Notes under the pieces: model-generated
Told to the model about the DNA's origin: nothing
The model's input: only the letters and a program-made list of their open reading frames with translations
The model's database searches: none
Translations under genes and position numbers: made by a program
From: the human T2T-CHM13v2.0 reference genome, Homo sapiens
Direction: 5' to 3' (one strand)
NCBI RefSeq assembly: GCF_009914755.1
Contig: NC_060947.1
Length of the DNA stretch: 64,000 nt
Shown here: positions 14,442 through 30,987 of the stretch, one piece after another
How positions within the stretch are numbered: position 1 is the first letter of the stretch
How the letters are laid out: every line of letters begins with the position of its first letter

Positions 14442-15996
14442 CTAAGATCTCTGTTGATCCAATTTGACATATATTTATTGTCATATACCTGAAATCTGGA
14501 ACCATATTAGATGAAAGAAAAAATGGTTGATTTTAAAGGACCTACACACAAAAAATAAACTGTTATTTGTAGAATTCGAAAAAGATTTTCCTGTAAGATA
14601 GACCAGTGAGAAAACATACATCCTAGTGCCTAGCTTAGTATGTGCTCAATAAAATTTACCTGTTGTTCCTTCCCATTGTAATTAATTCCACATTCTCTGT
14701 TCTCTTTACTATTATCAATATTTAGTTTATTTTTCTTATTTGGTTTGCTGTTTGTTTTCATCACCCTTTAAGTTTGTTAAGCACACATCCCCCAAAGGAA
14801 CTCATTCCAATGAAACTCTACAGAACACTACATAAAGTGATCTTCCCATAGTAAGTTCTTAAACTGTGCTGCTGTGCGTGATTGTAAAGGTATTCTTAAG
14901 TATCTTTCTGCTCATGATGTAATAATATCCTGGTTTACTTCATGCATTTCCAATTCCTCAGTCAATTTTTTAGGTTTTTTTTTTTTATCTGAGTGTTGCT
15001 CTTAGTGAGCTACCATATTAAGTGACGATATATGTTAGTCACTTTGTTAGTTTTTTTTAAATGTGAGTTTTTTTAAAAAAAAATTAATCTGAGACTGGCT
15101 CTTACAGAAGTAGCACAGTAAGTGACAAATGTTACACAAATGTTAAACATTTGAGAGTCTTAGAAAGGTGTTTACCCCTCTCATATACTATTCCTCTTAT
15201 TTTCCTGGCACACTTTAGTTCATATAGAAATATCATGCTGATTTTCTCAACTGGTTACTGCAAAGTAGAATCCCCTTTTACAAATAAGAAACTAAGTTTC
15301 AAAATTCAAATGGTTTGACCAAGGACATTCAGCTAGTAAGTGTTGAAACTGGGATTAAAGCTCCAACCCCAAAACAGGATTCTTGCTCTTAGTATAGTGT
15401 AAATTTTAAGAAACGTATGTTATTCAAAAAAAGAGGTGGTCTATTTTCTAAGTTTCTCTCCGAAATAAAAAACCGTAGCGATAATAGCTTCATATGAGGG
15501 CTATACTACTAAATATTTAATATAAGACTGAAGTCTCTGTTTCTCAGTAAAATTTCCAGCTAGCTCAGGATTCCACATCCATGGTTTGTGTTAGGAATGT
15601 TAAACATGGGCCAGAACCTTAAGCACTAGCATGTTAGAAATTCATACATAAAGACAACTCACCTGCCCCCACCCTATTATATACGTCTTGATGTTCATGG
15701 CAGTGTAAATACTAGGGCAACTAGATTGGTAAATTGAGCCCATCTCCTTGGTAACTCAGAAGAGTTTTTTCTTTTGTAATCTATCATTTCCTTCTGAGTA
15801 AGATGGCACTTTCCCCTCGACCCCCTGCCCCATTCCATTTTTTCTTTAATTTTTCAAGTCCACCTCATTTGTTCAGGGAGGGAAAATGACTAGATCTCAA
15901 GGGCTGAATCTTTACACTCCATTTTTAAAATTTCAGACTGCGAAAGAGTGATAGAAAAGCCTTAGGTTGATTTTTCAATTAAGAATACAGCAAACT

Positions 15997-16348
<352 letters not shown>

Positions 16349-17229
16349 TTAGGTAAGACTCACATCAGACTAGTTTCAGTCTTGGGAAAAGTCAGAAGAC
16401 TTCTGTCCTCAGCTTGCATCTAGTTCTCTCTGGGGTACTGTTATAATTGACATTAATGTTCATACTCTCACTCTTTACATCTGCACAACACAGAGGAACA
16501 TTGTCCAGCTACTTCTTCTGTGGAGATGCATAGATATTGGTCAGTAATTCCCTTGGTTGGCCTTATGTAAACCATTGAGACATATTTCCTTTTATAAGGT
16601 TTAAAAACAGCTAAGTCTGAAAATTTCCAAAACGAAACACTTCATAGTAGATTTTCCCTGGAAGCAGAATATTAGTAAAGAAAGCAAGGTGTAAGCCTCT
16701 TGGACAGTGCATATTAGTACAGCCCCAAATTATCTACAGAAGAGTTTCCTGGTGGAATGAGGTTCTTTTAGCAGGTAGAATGCAATTTGAAAGTGCTAGT
16801 AGTAGAGAAGGGAAAGGTGGAATGTGTGGTAATTGGATAAAAGCATTTGTACTGTCCTGATGGTTAACTGGTAGGTTTTATTTTAACAAAGCATATCTAA
16901 GAAAGCTTTCATGATCATAATGGGACCTTCAAATACTTCATGTAAAAATTGTCTTTGCATTGTAGCACCTATTTTAATTTAAATGGTTCAAAAATTAGCT
17001 TTAGCTTATTAGAAATTCTGTAGGTAGGGGACGCAAGTCCCTGGACTTGCATTTGAAAATAGTTCAGTGAACAGATTCTGAAGAAACCTGTTACATGGCT
17101 AGAGCTATGTAATAATATCAGTAGCAATTTATGGGAAAATGGAATGGGTCACAAAGAATTTGTAGCATCTAGAATAGAAATAAACAGCGAGAGGTGAAGC
17201 TGATCTTTGTATTTTAGAATTACAGAACT

Positions 17230-17507
<278 letters not shown>

Positions 17508-17769
17508 TTACAGAACTAATCGCATCCTACTTTCTATGGTGTGCCAATAAAAGTAACAACTAAGCAAATCTACATAACATCTACCTTAAGGCTAGATTCT
17601 TGTGATTTTTTTTTTTTTTTTTTACTTTTTAGTGCCTTTCTAAAATCCCCATTCAATCCATTATCCCATCATTTCGTTTACCCAAAAAATAACTGTAACT
17701 CAGACCTCAGTAGTTATATTAAAAATGTTTGTGAAGCTAAGTTTTACCTAGTATTAATGAATTACACAG

Positions 17770-18070
17770 CAAAACAAAAGCCAGCCATGCATTGGAGAAA
17801 ATTGCACTGAACTATAAATCAGGACTTTATGTTTTGGTCCTTCCTCTGCCATTAACTACATGTGTGACCTTCAGCAATTCTCTCACTCACTCACTCTCTC
17901 TCTCTCTCTCTTTCTCTTTCTCTTTCTCCTTCCTCCCTCTCTCCCTCCCTTCTCTCTCTCTCTCAGTCACAGTTTCCCCTCTTGGTCTCAGATTCACCTT
18001 TTGTGAAATAAAGTGAATCAATTAGATGATCTATATGGTCTTTCTAGATACAAAGTTCTATGATCTTTTG
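17770..18070 (+). mobile_element. MIR split by a (TC)n tract (~17880-17964)
   Basis: 'ctctgccattaactacatgtgtgaccttcagcaa' then 'ctcttggtctcagattcaccttttgtgaaat'. Confidence 0.75.
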
Positions 18071-19619
18071 ACCCTGTTAAAAATAATAGCAAAGGCCATG
18101 CTATAGTTAAAGAAATAGCCTGGAGAAGGAACAACTCCTATTAGAAGCAAAACAAACAACAAAACATTGGTAAGAAACTAGAATAAAATGGAATTTTTGA
18201 AGAAGCAATTAGCTCATCATAGGAAATAGAATAGTAATTCTGTACTATTAATATTTTACAAAAAATAACTCTCTGCTCTTCCCTGCAATAAAAAGCACTG
18301 CAGATTGCTCTATTGTAGTCAGTTGATAACTGGGTAATCATAATTAATGGAAAGAGTTTCAATAATTCAGTGAAGCAAGATGAAGATTGGAAGGTCATAC
18401 ATACAAACAGAAGAGGATGCACTGAAATAGAAGAAATATTTGGCTATGTAAGAATTTCTGCCTTATTAGGACTGTGTGTTTGCTGATCTTGGCACTAGGG
18501 CTCTGAACAGAAAAAACTTTTAAGGCCAACTTTTTTTAAAAAACACGCACTCATTGCATGTACTAGTGGCCTCAATCAGGGTAGATGATCTTTTTAAATC
18601 AAGTTAGATTTGAAAACAGAAATCTAGGAAAAAACCATGGACTTGTTCTTTGTTCTTGTATTATTGCAACTATTAATTAGTTTCAGTCTTAAGCTGTTAA
18701 ACAACCAAGTAACACAGCATCTGTGGCCAGAGGGAGATTACAATGAACTTTGTGTTTAGAGAAGCTTTGTTTGTTGGTTCTCACTTTTGGGCCACAAGCT
18801 CCTTGAGTCTAGGGGCTATGTCTTCTTTGCCTTTGTATCATCCACAGCCTCTTACAGAGTACCTAGCTTGGTCTCATGAACTGCAGGCATTAAAGTTGTC
18901 ATGTTAATCAATAAAGAAGTACTTGCATTGTCAGGAATAAAAGCTAGTAAAAATTTGGCTATTACATACTGTGTGAGATTTTAGTGAATACATAAGAACT
19001 GTTTGTAATTAACATGTTAGATGTTCAAAAGCATACTGACATACCTAAGAACCTTTGGAAATCTTCTTGACTATTTTAAACAAACTCGAATAATCCAGTT
19101 TATATAATTTACTTAGGAAATATTTTTCTACACAGGTAGTTAAAAAGGTAATCTTCTCTCTAACCTATGTGTGGGTTATTAATAACTCAGAGGTGTAGAG
19201 CTAGTGAGACTCTACACATATTTGATACCAAAACATCCATGCTAAGAGAAGGTAGTGATGATGAGATAATACTGACGCAAACAAAAATGGTTACTATGAG
19301 GATTTCAAAAGTCAAATATCACTATCTGTATGGAAATCCTCCTATGGCAAAATAAATATAAATTAATTTCTTAAGGATTCATGTAAGTGAACTAAAAACA
19401 GTATGGATAGTTAAAAGCTTTAGTTAAAATGTGTTTAATAATTGATTATAAAAGGTTTGAACAACAATTTGTAAGTAATGCTCTTAGAAGTCCAAAAATT
19501 TTAAAGGACCTGAGAAGCCACTAGATTAGAACAAATCTCCCTTTGCCAAACCCAAACACCTACTCAGGATTTCTGAACATGTAGTAAATATTTCTTTCTT
19601 TAGAAAAATTCCATGAGGC

Positions 19620-19959
<340 letters not shown>

Positions 19960-20395
19960 CTATTTCCTGTTTGCTATTATTTAAGTTCATTAGACAATTT
20001 TTGATTGAGAAAGTTTGACTTCTTTGCAATGCTATCTTTGTCCCTTGTCCTTTGTAAAATGTATCATCTTGGACCCTAAATTAATAAAACTACCAATAAC
20101 GGTATGCTAAGTTTAACTTTCAGTGAAAAGTCACACAGTGAAATGCTTTTTTAGGACATTCAAGCAATAACAAGTATATAAGTTCTTGTAGTAATAATAT
20201 AGTGATTCAGAGCTTGCTGTAAGATGGAGCAGGGCTTTCACATCGTGTCAGCCACTCCAGTGGTACAAGCTTTTCAAATATCTTTCATGGATATTCCCAC
20301 ATTTCCACATCTGTCCCTTAATTTTATCTCTTCCCTTGTAGAATATTTATGGGAGATGGGGAGGTCAGAAAGAAGAGTGGAAGTAGGGCTAAAGA

Positions 20396-20783
<388 letters not shown>

Positions 20784-20849
20784 CTAGCAGTCTTGTGAAC
20801 AATTTGCATATTGAAAAGTTAGTCTCTGAGACTGATAGTGTTCATTTTA

Positions 20850-21269
<420 letters not shown>

Positions 21270-24200
21270 GAATTGACAACATGCTTTGTCTAACAAATGT
21301 GAAGCTATACTTCTAATAAACACAACAAACAAAGTACTGAAATCCATTAGAAAGTACTTGTGAAACAGTCAGTCTTTGGGGACTCGGTTTTGATTATTTA
21401 AAAGGCAAAGGAAGAGAGAAAAACTAATTTCCACTTGGACAGGGGTTTGTTTTCCTTGTTCATTTGAAATCAGAGCCAACAGTAATAATGGTTTTCTATG
21501 ACCCTAAAGCTCTCTCTTCATTAAGAGCAGACTGATTGGTCTTCATTAGACCAGATTCTGAACAAACAGTTCATTTTCTATAGAAGAGCTATTATACATG
21601 TGCTTCCTATTGCCAGATTTGAAACCTCCGTATATTTTAGCTGAATGTCAACCCTTTGCATGTTGACTACACAGGCACATTTTATGATCATGGGTTAGGG
21701 CTGGTGATTACTGAAAATGATTACTTATTATAATTAATAACAACATAGCAGGGATTTCAGTCTGCTTTGTTTGGCATAAAAGGTTTGAAAGACACTCGTT
21801 TTTCTTAGCCCTGCACCTCAGAATGAAATACTTGCTGCCTTGTTTTCCAGTACTGCATATGATACAGGAGATAAAACAATTTGCTGAATGTAAAACAGAA
21901 CAAAAGTTGAGCAGGAAAAGTATTGGGAGTAAAACTTCAAGCTTAATAATAATTAGGCACCTAGTTTCATTGCCAAGCTTCCTCACGCATAGTACTGCCT
22001 TGGCTCATACTGGGTGCACTACCATTTCCTCTTCATTTTCTATAACACTTATTTGTCCTGGACCTTACAAGAAGCAACACCACACAGTGACAAATATGGC
22101 ACTATCTTAACAGGAATTTCAACAAAACAGAGCTTAGTTGGGATTCAAACATACAGAAGAATGAGTCAAGCTCTGCAACATATCATTTAATCATTATTTT
22201 TAAAATCTACCTCAAAAAATCAAATATCATATTTATCTTGGAAAATCAAATCCTATACTAGCAAATGATCAATTTGTTGCCCAATGGTTATAAGACAATA
22301 AAGTAAAAGGCCAAACACAAAAGAAGCTCATAGAAACTTATGATAATTTTGATCGTGGATAGAAATATTTTTCAATTGTTTTGACAGATGTTATAATTGA
22401 AATCTAATTTTTGGAGAAATGTAATAAATTGAGGTCACTAGTAATTTCAATATATTAAAATCATCTATGTAGATGGTCTGAATGCTAAGATAATATAGCA
22501 TTAAACATTTATTAGCATTACAGTGGTTCAACATGTTATGTGTTATAATTTATTCTTTCTCTAGCATTATTAATAATTAGATTATAATTACTGGTTCTAA
22601 GGTATAAGTATTGATATGTTAAGGGATTCTCAGTTTTGCATTCCCACTACCTTTTTAATCTGCATGCTAATCAATAGAATAAGTAATGCCAACTTAGAAA
22701 CCAGACCTATTCTAAGACTACAGTACTGTGTTTTCCTGAGAAAATGTTTTTACCTGCTTTGCCTAATCCAATTTAAAATACTCTAATTTTAAATAGCTCA
22801 AAGAACAGCACATATAGCTCTTACATTTATATAACTGATTCTATCCTTAATTACATTTTAAGACAGCCCAGATCTGAAAAGCAATCTATTATTCCCCTGT
22901 CAGACTCAGAGAAGACTGATATGTCCAAGTGCATGCTTCCTGGTTTATACCAAATTGATGGCTATGTCTACAGGAAACCAATATACTGGATGATTGAAAC
23001 TGTTCAATAAATTCAGAAAAAGTAAAATAAAAGTATCTATCTGATTATTTTGGCTAGAATCGCCAAATGTTTGTTATTTAAAATGGGTTTCATCCTATAT
23101 TTTATAGATATCTCGTGCACCAAAGCATAAAGTTGTCATATTCCTTTCACATTATTTGACTCAACATAATATTCACCTTCTTTGGCAATTTAGATTTTGC
23201 TTCAGTGATGGCAGTAGATACTGGTACTTTATTATTTCACTTCAGATAATAATTGCATTTCTATTTCTTTTTTATTACAAATCAATAATGCAATTAACAT
23301 AACAAGATCCTGAGAGCTATTTCTGTAATTATTGCACTTATAAGGAAAAGAATCTCTGCATAAGATGTAAAACAGCTTGAAACAAAGTCATAAAGCTGGT
23401 TCCAGAAAGCCACCCCTGAGAAAAAGAAAATAGTATACTTTTTATGTGATCTTTTTCCTTTTTTAAAGATTTTGCAAGGACTAAAGAAAGAATATCACCA
23501 ATCAAATATGGAACTCACTCTATTCACTGCAAGAAACAACATATTCCAGTCTTGGCTCCTAAAAAAATGTGCTGTCCTTCAGTTATGTTGATACTATTTA
23601 ATATCATTATTTCCTTTATTTTTTAACTTGTTGACAAACAACTTTAGTGCCGGAATAAGAAACTAAGAAATCTGACCATGCATATATGCTACTTACTGTT
23701 GTAATCAAATAACACTTATAACCCAGTTAATCTGATGTATATAATAGCAGTCATGAATTGTTTGCAGGATAATTAGGCAAAAATGTAAGTAGTTAGCATA
23801 CATAGTGCTAATTGATTACTATTAATATTTACAAGGACATATCCTGCTCTCTGTCTCTCACACACACACAAGCACATACGTTCTTCTTGTCTCCCATTTT
23901 TAGGTCTCCCATTTTTCAGCCAATTATATCAGCATTTGAATTTCACAGACTGTGAATATTAATGACAGTAAGAGGCAGCAGCAGGGATTCTTATTAAGAT
24001 AGATCACATACTTAGACAGTTAACATTGGTAGATGCAAGCATCAGGAGTCAGAGCAAGGTTCATTAAGGTGGATAGTTAGTGTTGAAAGGTCTTGGCATA
24101 TGAGTAGACAATGAAATTCAATAAGATATGGTATACAGAAGTGGAGCTCTAAGGCCCCACTTAGCATCTCAGATCTGAGGTGTCACAAAGTCCATGATTA

Positions 24201-24429
24201 ATGCATAGTGGCAACTGGAGGGTGATAGAGCAGCAGGGGGCAGTCTCACATCTGAAGAGGGACTATGCCTTTAGTCAGGTCAGAGAGGACTCTAATGGCA
24301 AAGATTAAATGGCTTCCGGTCCAGGTAACATGAGGATTATTATTTCTAAAGTAATACTTGAAAACTCATCAGAATGTATGCCTTATGTCAAAAATCAGCC
24401 AGAGTGAGCATTGTAAATGGAAATCAAGG

Positions 24430-25095
24430 CATTTCACTCCCCTACTGAACACTTCCAGTTATATTCCTTCATACCTAGAATGAAATCTAAACTCCTTATC
24501 ATGGCTTACAAGGTTTACTATAACTAACCTCATCCTTAAACTGCCTTTTGCATTTTCCCTGGGATATGTTAAGGTCAGTGTCATCTCCGGGCCTTCATAC
24601 TTTCCTCTTTGCCTGCAATTATGGCTCATTCCTTTAATTCATTAAAGTATTAAACTCTCTGTTCAAACGTCACCTTCTCAGAGATAACCTCTCTGAAACC
24701 CTATCAAAGACAGCACCCCCTTCATTCTACAGCACCTTATCACTTTTTTTCTTTGTATAAGGCATTATTGAATATATTTATCTTACTAGAACAGCAGCTC
24801 CATGAAGACAGAACTTTCTGTCTGTTGTGTCAACTTGTATCACTAACATCAGATTTGGAATTACTGCCATGAAGCTAATGAAACTTACATTCCAGGGACT
24901 CTCACTTGTATAGTCCCCTTTCAAGGCCTTGCGTGCAATATTGTATTTATAATTTGCAGTTTACTTTTCTAAGTGGGTCTATCGACTTTGTATAAGCTTT
25001 AGACTTCACTAAACCCCAGCTTAGCATCTAGTGCCTGGTACCTTATGAGCCCTCAATAAATATTTTTTAATGAAATAATTTAAAAATGAATAAAC
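24430..25095 (+). mobile_element. L2 3' region, interrupted by a hAT MITE
   Basis: 'acctagaatgaaatctaaactccttatcatggcttacaagg', 'agctccatgaagacagaact', 'gtgcctggtacc...ctcaataaatatt'. Confidence 0.8.
24849..25020 (+). mobile_element. ORSL-like hAT-Tip100 MITE
   Basis: 'catgaagctaatgaaactta...ctcacttgtatagtcccctttcaaggcc...ttgtataagcttt' resembles the recalled ORSL consensus. Confidence 0.55.
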
Positions 25096-25670
25096 ACCTT
25101 AAATACCTTAGGATAAAAATATTTGTTAGATTTTTACTTAATAGCAAGTTTTGATAAGGATTGGGCTTAAGTTTAAATGCTTAAGGATGTTGGCTATACT
25201 TTGAGAATATGGGAAAGGGGCTATTCTGAAGTATCTGGAAGAGATACTAGAAAAGGATGCCGCAGGCTCTAAAGACAATCTTTGCTTACTTCATAATTTT
25301 TCTTAGTGGTAGGACACCAAATTAGGACAGAGGTATACATTATGATTTACTCCCCTAATAAATGATGTTCCAGTTATAATTACATTCCTTGCAACACAGC
25401 TCTCTTTCTCTTAACGTTTCTTAAGATATGAGCTATTCCTTCTGGTATATCCAGGGAGTATCTATATTTTAAGGAAATCACTGGAGCATGACTGCCTCCT
25501 TATTACTATACTGGATATTTTTTTTCATTTTCTCCACATTGTTTTTACAGTCCCCAAGGCTTTTAAGAAAGTTTATGGATTCAATCAGGGTTGTGCCATA
25601 AAGTGGCATTTGACTGGTGGAAAAATAGACACTTGCTGTATGCATACCTTGTAAATATAGTTAAATAAAC

Positions 25671-25750
25671 ACATATGTGTATATTTATATATACACATAC
25701 ACACATATCTCACACACATAGACAGAGAGAGAGAGAGAGAGTGAGTGAGT
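25671..25750 (+). repeat. Compound (TA)(CA)(GA) microsatellite
   Basis: Seen directly. Confidence 0.85.
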
Positions 25751-27629
25751 TAGCAAATAAACCTTAGGATTTATTTTCACTTGTTAGTAGTAACTCCTCC
25801 ATAGTATCATCCAGCTCTTCCTGAACCATTAATAAGGAATTCATAAAAATGAGCCATTAATAAAAAGAGCTTAGTTAAATAATACATTACACTTTAAATT
25901 ATGGTCAAAACTAGTTACAATGCAAACTATCTATGAATTGATCACTCTCAATTTATAGACGCCCATCTGCCTTGCTTTTTAATCTACTCAAAGTATTTTT
26001 TGGCCACTAGCACTGCCTAAGGCAAATTTATATCAACCTGACAAAAAGCAATAGAAGGTCTTGCTTCAGAGGTTCTCATTGCTTAAAGCTACGATACCTC
26101 TTTAAAAGCTCCAAGGTATTACAATTAAAAATGTATCAACTGCTTAACTTGTCAACTAAAGGCAGTTATTGTAAGGCACTATTTCCCCTCAGTTAGACTC
26201 TCATTGCTCATGTGTGATTGCATTTCTATAAAAGAAATATAATTAAAGTGCAAATGTAACTTCTGGGAAGGAAACCTTATCAAAGCATCACTAAAACCTT
26301 CTGGAATCTGTCCACTTTCTGGGAAGCTGTACATATTATTTCTATTCACATTTAAAGAGAAACATGTGCAAACATAATTAACATTCAGATTTTTTAGGGT
26401 GGCTTTAGAGGAGGGGTAAAAACACTGTTTCCGGAAATGCTAATTTGATTTTAGTAACAGAATGGCAATTGAAATTGTAGTCAAAGATATTTCTGTTTAG
26501 TGATTTCTTTTTTATTTTATCCTCCCCTTGCCCCATTTTTTCCTCAACGAATGCAGAATGCAATTTGTAGCATAATGATTAAAGAAATAGTTTCTGCAGG
26601 CTCACATCATGATTATTTAGGGAAATGTTATGCTTTTACTACCATGTCAGTTAGCAAATTCTCTCTTACAAAAAAGGTCATGAAGCAAAATTACCCTATC
26701 TTCCCCTGATTCCATGAGAAAAAAAAACAATAAAAATATTTAAAACTACAAAAAATAAAAATAAAACGCATAAAATTGCTTATCCATAAATTGTAATTCA
26801 AGAATAAGTTCTAGTCTGCTGTGTTTGTGCAAACAAGTTGCTCCTCTTGGATAACTTTTATTTTAATTAAATAACAGACTCAACCCACTGCAAATAATTG
26901 TGTTGTTAATCTTATTACATTACTTTGAACTGAAAGAGAGGAAAAACTGGTCAATGTCAATCAATTGCCTTGGAGGAACAGAGAGCTCTTTTGACAGAAT
27001 TGTTTAATGGATGAAGCATAAAATGAGATAATTGGAAGATGTTTGTCCTAGAAAGTGCTAAGTTCAAAATTAGAAGGAAAAAATATTTTATATGCTAATA
27101 TTATCCTTTGTAAATACACACATTCTGTCTTTACTTGACTACATCAATATATTTTTCCAAACCAATAATGTTCTGTTCATCTGCAACTTGTCCTGAGGTT
27201 GGAAAACTAATGGAAGAATGTAAGCTATGAAGACTACTCATATTTCTTGTCTAATGTGCATGCTATTACATGGTCATTCAAAAGTAGCTCCTTCACAAGA
27301 AAGAGGAAGCCTTTATTGAATATATGACTCCAGGGTGGTTGTTGGGAAAAAAATCTTTGAACACTCTATTCCAAAATTTTAAACCTGCCTTGTTTCAGGA
27401 TTATGTTTTATACACTAAATAATCCCCAGGTAAATGTCTAAATATTAGGATGCTAGAAAATTCACAGAGAGATATAGAATTTTTCAGAGGTTATTTATAT
27501 CAAACGGTGATAGCTCAACAATTTGTTTCTTACAAGAAAATCAAAGCATTTTGTTGAGAGATTTTGTGTTCCGTCATACAGTTAGGGCATAGTCCCTTTA
27601 CTCATAATACGTGGATTACTAATATATTG

Positions 27630-27820
27630 CATTATATTTCTTTACAGCTTATGAAACACTTTCTTCCTTACCACAATGTTGTGAAGTAGGCAAAGCTCAT
27701 TTTGTCTTCTCTGTTTCCACTTTACAGATGAGAAAATTTGAGCCTAGTGAGTAGGTGGCAGAAAGAAAATTTGAATTCAGGTCTTCTGACTCCAAGACTA
27801 CTGATTCTTTCCTATATACT
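27630..27820 (-). mobile_element. MIR
   Basis: 'ccactttacagatgagaaaatttgag...gaattcaggtcttctgactccaaga'. Confidence 0.8.
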
Positions 27821-28053
27821 GTTAAGAAATAATAATTTAACAAGCTGAAGAATAAGAGTGAGAGGGCTTAAAACCTTGAAATTGATGCCAATTCTCTTTT
27901 ACAGGCCAGTCAAGGATATATTACTAGCCTTATCCCTTTGACAAATTTCACAGTGCTAATGATGCATGTAATGACGCCCAAATGAGTGACTGGTCCATAC
28001 AGATTATACAGAATTTCCCATTTAATTTTATCTCTTTGCCAAGACATATCAGC

Positions 28054-28081
28054 CTGTTGTTGTTGTTGTTGTTGTTGTTGT
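28054..28081 (+). repeat. (TTG)n microsatellite
   Basis: Seen directly. Confidence 0.9.
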
Positions 28082-29439
28082 TTTTAACACTAGGCAGAGT
28101 TTCAAGGTGCGTATTTAACATTAGGGTTGGAAGAGGATTTAAACAGTGTCTAGAAATAAAGAAGATGAGGTACATAGGTGCTGTGACTTGCCCAAGTTCA
28201 CACAGTTAGTAGTATAGCTGGAAATACAATTCTGCTATTTTATATGCCAATCAAGTCTCTTTCCATCAGATCATCCAAATCTTTCCTCACGCTATTGCAA
28301 CATGTAGGTTTGAACAAAAAATATGTATTAATATTAAATATTAGATTAATGATAGCTGAAAAATGTCAGTACCCAAATAGAGTGATTAAATGAATTCAGA
28401 GTCCTTTTCACTAGTATAAAAAAAAACACATTATTTTTATTGTAAATTACATTCTTATGTTTTCTAATTCTGTCACTATCAAGTTGATGCTCTTAATGTC
28501 AAAGCATTAGGGATTCATTTGATGCATTTGTGATTATCAGAACATGTCAGTATGAACTATTTCTCAATAATTATATGAATAGCAACCTTGTGTACATATG
28601 ACCTATAAATTTAATATTTAAAACTCTTACCCTTTTAAGATGAAACGTTCAACTCTAAATAAAGACCCCAATTTCTGATTGGGTAGATTACGTTCATCTA
28701 TTCTTAGAGCAATCAAGATGATTTAACTTACTTTGCATTATCTAAAATCGTTTTATGTTATGGAATACAACCAAGTAAAAATAACTAAAACGAATTGTCA
28801 CATACTTTGCATCTGTTCATAACCAGAAACATCCATGCTTCAGACGTTTAACATGAGGTATAATAGCTAGATAATATTAAAAATTTTCCCAAGGTTCTTG
28901 CTCCTGTTCTCACATTTTTTCACTGTAATTGCAATAGTTTTATAACCAATCTCACTGCCTCTAATTTCTTTTTATTTCTGAATTCAGCTGTCAGATTCAT
29001 CTTCCTAAAACCCAGTTCTTGGGATACTACTTTTAATTTTTCCTCCGTATCTAAATTCAAATGCCTCTACAATTTGCCCCTCTCTGTCCTCTGGCTTTTC
29101 TCTTGCTTGAGCACCATAAAGTCTAGTGCATTTCCATTACTGTCCAGGAGAGGGTATCCTTACCCGCAAATGAAGCTATCTTGGCTAACCCTGAAGTGAC
29201 ACGAGGACCTCAGGCTATCTCAGGTAGCTAACAGAAACCGTTAAGAACATTCAAGGAATACCTTTAGTTTTTACTATTTCTAATACAACACAAGACGCTG
29301 AGTGACAGCACTGTGAATTTCTCTGTTGAAGTAAACATCTATAGTATTCACCTTAGACTTCAATGATCTCACTTTACTCTTCCTTCTTATATATACTACA
29401 CTCACCCTAAAATATTTATCTTCCTCAACAATTATAAAT

Positions 29440-29548
29440 ATGCTACTTAAACTCTCTGTACCTCAGTTTTCTCATCTGTAAAATGAGTATGACCATAACG
29501 ATACCTATTCCATACAGTTGACATTAGGATTAAGTATAAATCACATTG
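29440..29548 (+). mobile_element. MIR, left part; its tail resumes at ~39451-39500 after the L1PB
   Basis: 'ctctctgtacctcagttttctcatctgtaaaatg'; tail 'cataaatgttaactgttatta' lies right of the L1. Confidence 0.8.
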
Positions 29549-30987
29549 GGGTAGGAAAAATGGTGGATAGGAGGCAGGACTAAATTGCAGCTTCCACTTG
29601 GACGGACAGAGCAATGTGTGGAGACTCACATAGTGAACTTTTGCTCTGAGAACTACTACAGGAACATACCAGGAAAGCAGAGAGAATCCACAGACCCCCT
29701 GAAGGAAGCAGATTGCTTCTGCAGGACCTGGGAGACATCCCAAATACTGTGAGTGCCCCAAGTGTGAAAGTGGGAAAGGGAGGTTGTCCACCTCCAAAGA
29801 CACACCCTCACTGGGGGACCTGAAGGTCCAGATCACGGAAGGAGGATTAGACTTTACCTGGAGAGGAGATAATTTAAAGAGCTAAGCGAAATACAGGTGT
29901 AGAGGGAGCAGCAGCAAGAGCCCTGTGGGCTCTCTGGGTCCCGAGGGAAGCCATTTCTGACTTTGCCTTACAGGAATCCTTAGGGAGAGCTGCCAGAGGA
30001 ACTGGGAAAAGATCACAGGGAAAGGAAACTTCTACCTGAACTTTGTAACAATTCCAACTGAACATGAAGTTTCTTGGACAGAACTCAGGGGAGGGAGTGA
30101 ATCCAGAGTGCAGACGCAGGCAGATGTGGAGGCGCAAATCCTAAAATCCCTGCTTGCTTTTTCAGCCAGGAGGCTGGTAGTGTGGGACAAGTTCTCAGCC
30201 CTGCTCGCCCACTGCCTGGAAATAAACTTGAGGTTGTTGGTAGGGGAGCATGGTGGGAGTGAGACTGGCCTTTTGGGTTGCATGGGAGCTGGGTGAGGCC
30301 TGTAACTGCCAGCTTTCCCCCACTTCCCTGGCGACCTGCATGACACAGCAGAGGCAACCCTAATCCTCCTAGGAAAGTAACTCAATTGAACTGGGAACCA
30401 CAACCTCATCCTTCACAGCAGCCACAGCAAGCCCCACCCTAGGAGAATCTGAGCTCAGACATGCCTAATCCTGTCCCCTCCTGATGGTCTTTCTCTACAC
30501 AGCCTAGTAGCTGAAGACAAAGGTCATATTTTCTTGGAAGTTCCAGGGCTCTGCCCACTGCCTCATTCTCCCCATACTACCACAGCTGATGCTCTCTTGA
30601 AAGTGCCACCTCCTGGCAGGTGGCCAACCAGCACAAAACTTAGTGCAATAAACAACAAGAATACAATGAAGGACCCTCAGAGAGTCCATTTCACTCCCCT
30701 GTCACCTCTACCAGAGCAGGTGCTGCTATCTATGACTGAGAGACTGGAAGATTGTTCACATCACAGAACTCTGTGCAAACTTTTCCCAGTATCAGCCCAG
30801 AACCCAGTAGTCCCACTGGGTGGCTAAACCCAGAAGAGAAATAACAATCACTACAGTTTGGCCCTCAGGAAGCCACATCCCTAGGAAAAAGGCAAGAGTA
30901 ATACATCAAAGGAAGACCCCATGGGACAAAAGAATCTGAACAGCGGCCTTTGAGCACCAAATCTTCTCTCTGACATAGCCCACCCAA

